In this document: piece by piece, positions 1 through 8,334 of the stretch
Layout: each line of letters starts with the position of its first letter
Numbering within the stretch: position 1 is the first letter of the stretch
NCBI GenBank assembly: GCA_947573965.1
Contig: CANPHV010000003.1
Coordinates: 1-37,742 of the forward strand
Length of the DNA: 37,742 nt
Direction of reading: 5' to 3'
Source: an uncultured Clostridium sp.
Lineage (GTDB): Bacteria > Bacillota > Clostridia > TANB77 > CAG-508
Notes under the pieces: model-generated
Databases searched by the model: none
The model's input: only the letters and a program-made list of their open reading frames with translations
Told to the model about the DNA's origin: nothing
Translations under genes and position numbers: made by a program

Positions 1-133
1 TTTTGGTTGTATATTTTTACCCATTTTTGTAAATTTATTAAAAAATAAAAAAAAAAAATTTTTAAATAAAAAAATATCTATATTATATTAAAAAAAAACT
101 CGACTCTCTATTATTAAAACTTACAAAAGGCGA

Positions 134-1111
134 GTGATTCAAGTGGACACAATTGTATTAAAATTTGGAGGAAGTTCAGTTGCTAATAATGATAAATTGA
201 AATTAGTAGCTGAGAAAATAATCGAATTATATCAAAAAAATCACAACATTGTCGTAGTTGTTTCTGCACAAGGAAAAACCACAGATAAATTAATTTCAGA
301 AGCAAAAGAAATATCCCAAGAAGCAAAAGATAGGGAAATGGACGTATTACTTAGCACAGGAGAACAAATCTCGACAGCTAAACTAAGCATTTTACTAAAT
401 CAAATGGGATATCCTGCTATTTCTTTAACAGGATGGCAAGCAGGTATTTATACCAATAATACCAATCAAAATGCCATCATCAAATGGATTGATACTGGAA
501 GAATTAAAACTGAATTGAAAAAACGAAAAATTGTAATCATAGCAGGTTTCCAAGGGATGAATGAGAACATGGATATTACAACTTTAGGAAGAGGAGGTTC
601 TGATACAACTGCAGTAGCTATTGCAGCAGCCTTAAGTGCTAAAAATTGCTACATTTTTTCAGACGTAGATGGTGTTTATACAACTGACCCCAATAAATTA
701 AAACAAGCAAAAAAATTAGCAGCCCTTTCTTATGAAGAAATGCTTGCATTATCTTCAGAAGGAGCAAAAGTTCTTCATAATCGTTGTGTAGAAATCGGAG
801 AGAAATTCAAAGTACCAATCATTACCAAATCAACCTTTAATAACAAAGCAGGAACCGTGATATCAGACATCATCGAAGAAAACACCATAAAAAGTATTGT
901 AAAAAAAGATATATCTAGAATTTCCATTGTAGGAAATGGTATCATAAGAAATTTTCAAAACATAAAAACAGTATTAGAAATAATAGAAATGAACAAATTA
1001 GAAATGCTAGAATTTAATGTATCAGAAACCAAAATTTCGATTAGCTTTAAAAACCAAGTATCTGACAAAATATTAGAAGAAATACACAAAAAATTAATTC
1101 CAGAAATTTAA
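134..1111 (+). CDS. lysC: Aspartate kinase, short form with apparently one C-terminal ACT-like domain
   Basis: VLKFGGSS, VVVVSAQG, TLGRGGSDTTA, DVDGVYTTDP and GAKVLH aspartokinase motifs. GTG start; alternative GTG at 143. Confidence 0.9.
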   Translation: MIQVDTIVLKFGGSSVANNDKLKLVAEKIIELYQKNHNIVVVVSAQGKTTDKLISEAKEISQEAKDREMDVLLSTGEQISTAKLSILLNQMGYPAISLTGWQAGIYTNNTNQNAIIKWIDTGRIKTELKKRKIVIIAGFQGMNENMDITTLGRGGSDTTAVAIAAALSAKNCYIFSDVDGVYTTDPNKLKQAKKLAALSYEEMLALSSEGAKVLHNRCVEIGEKFKVPIITKSTFNNKAGTVISDIIEENTIKSIVKKDISRISIVGNGIIRNFQNIKTVLEIIEMNKLEMLEFNVSETKISISFKNQVSDKILEEIHKKLIPEI

Positions 1112-1117
1112 TTTTTT

Positions 1118-1155
1118 AAGAAAACTTGAAAAAGATAAGTCAAGTTTTCTTTTTT
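1118..1155 (+). terminator. Intrinsic terminator after the aspartokinase gene
   Basis: AAGAAAACTTGA ... TCAAGTTTTCTT stem followed by a T-run. Confidence 0.8.
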
Positions 1156-1225
1156 CGTTCTAAACAAGACAAAGCGTGAATATATATAATTTAGCAAGAA
1201 AAATTAAAAGGCGGGAGGCGAAGAA

Positions 1226-1525
1226 ATGACAATTGATGAAAGAAAAAGCATAAGTACGGGTGTAATTCAAAATCTTATTTTAGAAAATAGGGGAAAGCTT
1301 AGTATTTCAGGAGTACTAGACGTTTTGAGTTTCGATGACCAAGTAGTTATCTTAGAAACAGAATTAGGATTGTTAACAGTAAAAGGAGAGAACATTCGAA
1401 TTAACAAATTAAGCATCGACACATCCGAAGTTATTGTAGAAGGAGATATATCTTCTTTAACTTATAGTGACAAAGAAAGCGAAAAAGCAAAAGCAAGTAG
1501 TTTTATGAGCAAAATATTTAAGTAG
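1226..1525 (+). CDS. yabP: Sporulation protein YabP
   Basis: LILENRGKLSISGVLDVLSFD...LETELGLLTVKGENI pattern; GGAGG RBS; yabP-yabQ-divIC synteny. Confidence 0.92.
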   Translation: MTIDERKSISTGVIQNLILENRGKLSISGVLDVLSFDDQVVILETELGLLTVKGENIRINKLSIDTSEVIVEGDISSLTYSDKESEKAKASSFMSKIFK

Positions 1526-1546
1526 AAGGGAAGAGGGGGTCAAGTA

Positions 1547-2011
1547 ATGGTTTCAAATCAGGCTTACTTATTTTTAGTTTTTATCATAAATGGAATCGTA
1601 ATTGGTCTATTATTTGACTTTTTTAGAATTTCCAGAAAAGTATTTAACACAAACGATATGATAACCTATATAGAAGACATCTTATTTTGGATTTTGGCAG
1701 GAGCAACTGTACTATATTCTATCTTTATCTTTAATAATGGTGAAATGCGCTTATTTATGTTTTTAGCCATTTTATTGGGTGCATTTGCTTATATGGTATT
1801 AATTAGTTCTTACATTATTAAAATCAATGTAAAAATTATCAATATCCTAAAAAAAGTCTTAGAAATCTTAAGTCTTCCATTAAAAGCAATTTACAGACTA
1901 ATACATAGATTATTTTTCAAACCAATTCACTTTTTATTTATCAATGTAAGAAAAAATTTTACAAATTTCGGCACAAAAATAAGCAAAACGAAAAAAATTG
2001 TAAAAAATTGA
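1547..2011 (+). CDS. yabQ: Spore cortex biosynthesis membrane protein YabQ
   Basis: GLLFDFFR...EDILFW...NNGEMRLF hydrophobic pattern; lies directly after yabP. Confidence 0.9.
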   Translation: MVSNQAYLFLVFIINGIVIGLLFDFFRISRKVFNTNDMITYIEDILFWILAGATVLYSIFIFNNGEMRLFMFLAILLGAFAYMVLISSYIIKINVKIINILKKVLEILSLPLKAIYRLIHRLFFKPIHFLFINVRKNFTNFGTKISKTKKIVKN

Positions 2012-2019
2012 AAATAAAA

Positions 2020-2046
2020 GAAGGAAATTTCAATAAAATGTAGAAT
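2020..2046 (+). promoter_or_regulatory. Candidate sigma-H promoter for divIC
   Basis: GAAGGAAAT-N11-GTAGAAT matches the RNAGGAWWW-N11/12-RNNGAAT consensus. Confidence 0.5.
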
Positions 2047-2096
2047 ATATAAATGTATATCCGTAAGGATTAAGTCAGAAAATGGAGAGATTACAG

Positions 2097-2372
2097 ATGA
2101 AAAAGAACCATAAAATCTATAAAAGATTATTAATATTAGCGATTGGCATATATGTCATATTCACATTAGTCAATCAACAAAAAACATTAAATCAATATAC
2201 TACTAACAGTAAAGAATTGCAAGCGCAGATAAATGAGCAAAAAGAATACAAAGAGCAACTAGCCAAAAAGAAAAATGATGTTACTTCATTAGACTATGTT
2301 GAACAAACAGCAAGAGAAAAATTAGATATGTATTATCCAAATGAAAGAGTATATTTAGATAGGGGAATGTAA
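2097..2372 (+). CDS. divIC: Septum formation initiator, DivIC/FtsB family
   Basis: One TM helix, coiled coil, YVEQTAREKLDM-x-YPNERVY C-terminal motif. Start moved to ATG 2097 behind GGAGAG. Confidence 0.85.
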   Translation: MKKNHKIYKRLLILAIGIYVIFTLVNQQKTLNQYTTNSKELQAQINEQKEYKEQLAKKKNDVTSLDYVEQTAREKLDMYYPNERVYLDRGM

Positions 2373-2519
2373 TTTTTTAAATTATATTCCTTTTTTGGGA
2401 AAAAATGTATCTTTTTGTAAAAAACTATGTTATAATAAATATGTTATTAATCTTGAATTAATTCGTTAAAAATCCCTATAAGCAATAAACAAAGTAAAAA
2501 AGGAAAAAAGGAGGTCTCT

Positions 2520-3875
2520 ATGTTAAGTTTAGAAGAAATGACTTTATTAGAGTTAAAAGAATTAGCAAAAGAACACAATATTAAAAATATTTCAAAATTA
2601 AAAAAAGATGAATTGGTAACCGTTTTAAAACAAATTACAAATAACCAAGTAACCAATAAGATAGAAGAGGAAGAAAAAATAGAGGAGATTGACAAGCCAG
2701 AAAGACAATACGATGAAAATGGAGAACCTATTGTAGATTATAAACTAACCAGTGATGGAGATGCCATAGTAGAAGGTATCTTAGATATCTTGCCAGATGG
2801 ATATGGATTTTTAAGAGGAGAAAATTTCTTATCAAGCGATAAAGATGTTTACATTTCTATGGTTCAAATTAGAAGATTTCGTTTAGATACAGGAGATATT
2901 ATAAAAGGTATTTCTAGATTTAGAGAAGGTGAAAAATTCCCATCATTGATTTTCGTTGGAGAGGTAAATGGAGAGCATCCTGAAAAAGCTATGAGAAGAA
3001 AAAGATTTGACGAATTAACACCAATCTATCCAAATGAAAGATTAAAATTAGAAACAGTTTCTAACGACTATGCAACTAGAATTATCGATTTAATGTCTCC
3101 AATTGGAAAAGGACAAAGAGGAATGATTGTAGCACAGCCAAAAGTTGGTAAGACTACTTTAATGAAAAAGGTAGCTAATAGCATTTCTCAAAATAACCCA
3201 GAGGCCGAATTGATTGTTTTATTAATTGATGAAAGACCTGAAGAAGTTACAGATATGAAGCGCTCTATTAAGGGGCAAGTAATTCATTCTACTTTTGATG
3301 AATTACCAGAACATCATGTTAAAGTAGCAGAAATGGTATTAGAACGTGCCAAAAGATTAGTAGAGCAAGGGAAAGACGTTGTTATTTTATTAGATAGTAT
3401 TACAAGGCTTACGAGAGCCTATAACCTAGTAATTCCTTCTTCTGGAAGAACTTTGTCTGGTGGTATTGACCCAGCTTCTTTGCATAAACCTAAAAAATTC
3501 TTTGGCGCAGCAAGAAATATTGAATTTGGTGGAAGTTTAACTATTTTGGCAACTGCTTTAATTGATACAGGAAGTAGGATGGATGACGTTATTTTCGAGG
3601 AATTTAAGGGAACTGGTAATATGGAGGTTCATCTTGATAGAAAATTGTCTGAAAGAAGAATTTTCCCAGCAATTGATATTAATAAGTCTGGTACAAGACG
3701 TGAAGATTTATTACTTACACAAAAAGAAAAAGATACTGTTTTTGCTTTAAGAAAAGCTATGAACAGCATGCCAGTTGCAGATGTTACTGAACAAGTAATT
3801 AGCCATATGACACAGTCTAAAAATAATGATGAATTTATTGAACAAATGGAAAGTTATTTAAGAAGGTTTAAATAA
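2520..3875 (+). CDS. rho: Transcription termination factor Rho
   Basis: Rho N-terminal helix domain, [60 protein letters not shown]; AAGGAGG RBS. Confidence 0.98.
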   Translation: MLSLEEMTLLELKELAKEHNIKNISKLKKDELVTVLKQITNNQVTNKIEEEEKIEEIDKPERQYDENGEPIVDYKLTSDGDAIVEGILDILPDGYGFLRGENFLSSDKDVYISMVQIRRFRLDTGDIIKGISRFREGEKFPSLIFVGEVNGEHPEKAMRRKRFDELTPIYPNERLKLETVSNDYATRIIDLMSPIGKGQRGMIVAQPKVGKTTLMKKVANSISQNNPEAELIVLLIDERPEEVTDMKRSIKGQVIHSTFDELPEHHVKVAEMVLERAKRLVEQGKDVVILLDSITRLTRAYNLVIPSSGRTLSGGIDPASLHKPKKFFGAARNIEFGGSLTILATALIDTGSRMDDVIFEEFKGTGNMEVHLDRKLSERRIFPAIDINKSGTRREDLLLTQKEKDTVFALRKAMNSMPVADVTEQVISHMTQSKNNDEFIEQMESYLRRFK

Positions 3876-3877
3876 AA

Positions 3878-3987
3878 AATGTTGTATATTTATAATTAAG
3901 AAGAGAGAAGGAGAGGTGGTATAATACTGCCATCTATCTTTTTAATTATAAATATATAACATTGCGCAAAATCAAAGTTTTGCGTAA
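3878..3987. repeat. Long imperfect inverted repeat (about 86 nt) plus a second small hairpin directly after rho
   Basis: AATGTTGTATATTTATAATTAAGAAGAGAGA pairs with TCTATCTTTTTAATTATAAATATATAACATT around an inner GGTGGTA/TACTGCC stem; then TTGCGCAAAA/TTTTGCGTAA. Confidence 0.75.
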
Positions 3988-4792
3988 ATAGAGATAGAAG
4001 CATAATATAAAACAGCAAAATACCTATACTTTTACATATATCTAGCATTCAACTGCTTTAATCCTATTACTATTCACTTAAATTACTTTAATTCTTTTGT
4101 ATTACTAATTATATCAATATTTTTATTAAGCTTAAAAATCAATTTTTAGACATTTTAATTATTTATTTATATAATTTGTTTATTACAAAATTTTTTATCT
4201 TTATTTTAAATCTATATCTTACAAATTTTTAAAAATGCCTAAAATGCTTGAAACTCTAAAACAAGCTATATTTTTGGATGACAAACTATATACCTAATTT
4301 CTAAAAACGGCTTAAAATTGATTCTCGTGCGTCGATATTTTGACTTATTTTCAGTAATTCATAAACTTCTTATAAAACTATCTAAAACATCAATGGTTAT
4401 CTATAATTCATAAAAATATCACTAATATGAATTAATATATAAATTTATCAAACATATAATTTGCTGCCTTTGATATTAAAATGTTTTAAAATTAATTTTG
4501 ATGCGTTTAAAATATAAAATTATATAATGATTATACGAAAATTTTATAAAGTATTTACAAAATTATAATACAAATTTTATTTACAAATAATTATAACAAA
4601 TGTTCGTTTTTGAAATTGCATATATAAAAATTAACTTTGCACAAAGTAGGATCTTCTAGATATAGTTTTGAAATTTATTTTGTATCCTTATTAAAATCTT
4701 AAAATTCTTTAATTATCCCAAACGGTCCCTCTCTCCTACTCTTCGAATTTTGTTAGCATTTTATAAATTGTTATAATGAACCATATATGTTT

Positions 4793-5512
4793 CTATTTGA
4801 CTAGTATCTCGTTTTCGTCTATTTCAAATATTCTTCCTCCTCTTAACTCATCTGTTCCATAAGGGCTATATCCTGCACATGCATCTAAGCACATTTTAAT
4901 TCCACAAAACTCTCCTTCGAAGCAATCATTATGACTATGTCCACAAGCAATACATTTTATATTGTTTCTTTGTAATATAGTAGAAAAAATTCCTGAATTA
5001 AACATTCCTATTTTCATTACTTCTTCCATACTACCTTTAGCATTAGTATATTGCGGATTTTCTACTATGTATTGAAATTCCCATGGTGGAATATGCATAA
5101 ACAAAATGCCATTAATTTTTTTATTGCAATATTTTTCTATTTCCTTTGAACTATTCCAGTACCACATTAATTGTTCAAAATGTACAATATCCCATCTACA
5201 CGACATAGAGGGCTTATTTAGCACATATTTTTGTTTTTTTAATATTATCTATTTCTATATCATGGTCATGATTTCCAAATACATGTGCCCATGGTATTTT
5301 TCTACTTTCCATAGGTTTTGAAAATATATCTGAATACTTTCTTAATTCTTCTTCAGTTTTTAAAATTGTACCATCACAATTATCTCCGCCTAATATGACT
5401 AAGTCGGGTTTTTCTATTTCGATAATTCTATTTATTCCGTTCAAACTTCTTTTATCATAATCTAATGTTTCTTGTATATCTGATAGCATTAAGATTTTTA
5501 GTTTCCCATTAG
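4793..5512 (-). pseudogene. Calcineurin-like metallophosphoesterase (Dcr2/purple-acid-phosphatase-like), split and N-terminally truncated
   Basis: Fragment 1 has NGKLKILMLSDIQ, GGDN and FGNHD; fragment 2 has FMHIP and CGHSHND. They are in different frames and look internally shortened; the N-terminus abuts the stop of the upstream ATPase with no RBS. Confidence 0.75.
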
Positions 5513-5515
5513 AAG

Positions 5516-6817
5516 TTATTTTATTAAAAATGCTGCATAAAGAGGTATAGATTTTATATTATTAGCAATTCCAAAATTCTTTGTTGAAATTCTTATAGCA
5601 TATTTAGGATTATATCTTTTCATATAAACATTTAAACTTTGACTTCCTACATTATCATTAGCTTTTACCTCAATAGGTATTATTCCATCATCATTATATA
5701 ATATAAAATCAACTTCTGCTTTATTACCAGACTCCCAATATATTAATGAACTTTTATTTGCAATCAACTGTGTCGCTACATAATTTTCTGCAATAATTCC
5801 TTTATATTGTAAAAGATTATCTAAAATTATATCGTTATATTTTACCTGTAATATATTTAGTAAAATTCCCACATCACTTAAATAAAGTTTGAAATGGTCA
5901 TCTATAATAAAACCTAAAGGTGGTATTTCAACTTTGTTAAGTATAGGACATTTATGTACCATTGTGCTTGAAAGAAGCCAATTTAAAGCAGTTTCATAAT
6001 CTCTTTTTCTAGCATTTGACGATATTTTTCCATATTGAAATTTATTGCTTTGATTTCCAAGTTGAGATGGAATAGATTTATATATGCTTTCTATTTTACT
6101 TGCTTCATATTTATTATCTACATATTTATTCATATCATTTAAATATGATTGGTAAATATCTTCTATAATGCTTTTATCAAATTTTAAAATATCATTGTTA
6201 TTAGTAATCAAATTATTTATGGCTTCTGGCATTCCGCCAACACATAAATATAATCTGTACAAATCTAAAGCCTTATTATGTAGTACAGAATCCATAGCTA
6301 AATTATTTTCATAACATTTTTTTATTTCATCAATAAGTGATTGTTTTCTATCAGCGACTAAAAATTCTTCAAAATCCATTGGGTACATGTTTAGCATTTT
6401 TACTTTACCAACAGGAAAAGAGGAATGCATTCTTTTTAATTTAACACCCAATAAACTTCCTGCACAAATTATTTTAAATGGTTCTAGGCTTTCATTGAAG
6501 TATTTTAATGCACTTATTAATTCCTCGGATTCTTGAATTTCATCAAAAAATATTATAGTATTCTGAACATCAATGTCTTCATCTAGATATATTTTCATTC
6601 TTTTATACTTTTCAGATGTGTTGATTTCTTCTTTAAAAATTTTTATTATTTCAGAATGTTCTAATAAGTTTATATATATATAATTTTTAAATTCATTTTT
6701 ACAAAATTCATTTATGATGTAAGTTTTTCCTATTTGTCTTGCACCAATTATCATTAATGGTTTTTGCATATCTGTATTTTTCCAATTTATTAATTCTTGA
6801 TAAATTTTTCGTTCCAT
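5516..6817 (-). CDS. AAA+ ATPase with DUF4143-type C-terminal domain
   Basis: GARQIGKT Walker A, FFDEIQ Walker B, VGGMPE, KLYLSDVG, ENYVA, EVDF..IPIEVK; ATG 6817 behind GAGAGG. Confidence 0.9.
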   Translation of the reverse strand: MERKIYQELINWKNTDMQKPLMIIGARQIGKTYIINEFCKNEFKNYIYINLLEHSEIIKIFKEEINTSEKYKRMKIYLDEDIDVQNTIIFFDEIQESEELISALKYFNESLEPFKIICAGSLLGVKLKRMHSSFPVGKVKMLNMYPMDFEEFLVADRKQSLIDEIKKCYENNLAMDSVLHNKALDLYRLYLCVGGMPEAINNLITNNNDILKFDKSIIEDIYQSYLNDMNKYVDNKYEASKIESIYKSIPSQLGNQSNKFQYGKISSNARKRDYETALNWLLSSTMVHKCPILNKVEIPPLGFIIDDHFKLYLSDVGILLNILQVKYNDIILDNLLQYKGIIAENYVATQLIANKSSLIYWESGNKAEVDFILYNDDGIIPIEVKANDNVGSQSLNVYMKRYNPKYAIRISTKNFGIANNIKSIPLYAAFLIK

Positions 6818-6836
6818 AATCTTACCTCTCATTTAT

Positions 6837-6865
6837 AGTATATATCATCCTTCAATAGAAGTCAA
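6837..6865 (-). promoter_or_regulatory. Sigma-A promoter of the DUF4143 ATPase
   Basis: TTGACT-N17-TATACT on the minus strand. Confidence 0.7.
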
Positions 6866-6870
6866 TTAAG

Positions 6871-6955
6871 TTTCACGTTTTTTATATCGAAAATTTCAAA
6901 ATGTTTCACTTTTTTCATATCTAATATTGGATTTAATTTCACATTTTTATATATC
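6871..6955. repeat. Three 18-19 bp direct repeats at 33-bp period
   Basis: TTTCACGTTTTTTATATC (6871), TTTCACTTTTTTCATATC (6904), TTTCACATTTTTATATATC (6937). Confidence 0.75.
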
Positions 6956-7469
6956 ACTTTGTCAATGTAGTAGAAAAATTTTTGTCGAAATTATATATGT
7001 AACCAGATAAATATAAAAACAGGTGACATATAGAAGTTAAAATATAGACGCCTACATTTAGTATCCTCTTTTAAAAACATCTATTCCATTATACCAGCCA
7101 CTTTTAAGTCATATAACTAACTTATTATTTTTGATCCTGGTAATTCATTATTATTATTCATAAATTTCAAGTTTATATTTTATACATAATTCACTTTAAT
7201 TACTACCTTTCATTCCATTCTTTTAATTTTTTCTTTAATAGTTTAAAATCAACTGTATTCTTTTGTTATTATCGAATATTTTTAATCTTGATATTCCTTT
7301 AATAAAACTTTCCACTAGACCCCAGTTATAATTATATTTTTCATTTATTATTTAATTTTCCATAAATTATACATATTAATTGTTTGACCTCTTGTTTATT
7401 AGAATTCTTTTATGCAAATTAGGAAGGATTATAGAAATAGTATATAAACTTTTTTTAATTTTCACAAGA

Positions 7470-8312
7470 TTACTGGTCATGTAATGTAGATGCGAACTTT
7501 AAAACATAATATTTGCTTTTTTCATCACCTATGGGCATCCAATCAAATTTTATATTTTCCTTAAAATCGTGTATATCAATTATGCCTAAATCGTTTCTTA
7601 AATTACTATATACATATTTCCCACGTAGCCAATCTTTATTAGAATTTCGGAAATATTCATAAATACATGGAAATTCTTCTTTGTAATTTGTAATTTCATA
7701 AGCCATTTTTAATTGGTTATCAATTTTTTGTATTTCATTTTTAGAAATTTCTTTGTTTTCTAAGTTTTTTCGTTTCCTTTGTAAATCTTTTATGTATTTG
7801 TAATAAGCTTCTAATAAATCTTTATTGTTAATTAAATCTTTATTCTCGTTATCTATACTTTCATAAAATCCCTTATTTTCTGTTACTACTACACAGTAAG
7901 TTTCTTTTACATTTTTGATTTTTAGAACATCATTCATAAATCGCATATCTTTAATGCATTGATACATTCTGTATGGATAAGCTTTATTTTTCAAATATTT
8001 TAGTTCAATCGCATATTTCTCTTTTGTCTCGTAGTTTATAATTAAAATATCAATTTCCTTCTTACAAGTATCAATTGATAAGCTATTTTCTGTTAAATCT
8101 TTTATATTGTATTCGAATTTTACAATATAATCTTCTTTTAACTTGTATCTTAAATAATTGCCTAATTCGTGTTGTAGACTAAATTCATTATATATATATT
8201 GTAGTTCACTATTTTCTTTATTTTTTAAAGACTCATATACTGAATATTTTTTAGGATAATCGTTATATTTTCCTTCTATAAATTCTTGTATGGTTTCTTT
8301 TATATCTATCAT
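7470..8312 (-). CDS. Hypothetical protein, probable PD-(D/E)xK nuclease fold with a coiled-coil insert
   Basis: YNEFSLQHELG...EIDILI...YAIELK spacing is typical of restriction-endonuclease-like folds; AGGAG RBS; very AT-rich. Confidence 0.6.
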   Translation of the reverse strand: MIDIKETIQEFIEGKYNDYPKKYSVYESLKNKENSELQYIYNEFSLQHELGNYLRYKLKEDYIVKFEYNIKDLTENSLSIDTCKKEIDILIINYETKEKYAIELKYLKNKAYPYRMYQCIKDMRFMNDVLKIKNVKETYCVVVTENKGFYESIDNENKDLINNKDLLEAYYKYIKDLQRKRKNLENKEISKNEIQKIDNQLKMAYEITNYKEEFPCIYEYFRNSNKDWLRGKYVYSNLRNDLGIIDIHDFKENIKFDWMPIGDEKSKYYVLKFASTLHDQ

Positions 8313-8334
8313 ATTGCTTTTCTCCTATTAAATT

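Noticed and set aside
5214-5224. Frame break in the metallophosphoesterase as a fourth CGGA recoding site
   Set aside because: No in-frame CGG near the junction; sequence seems to be missing and the 5' end is truncated, so it is ordinary decay.
6871-6955. Direct repeats as a mini-CRISPR array
   Set aside because: Repeats of 18 bp with 15-bp spacers are too short, they are degenerate, and no cas genes are present.
6983-6989. Perfect Spo0A box TGTCGAA
   Set aside because: A single 7-mer with no clearly associated intact gene; expected by chance in a window this size.
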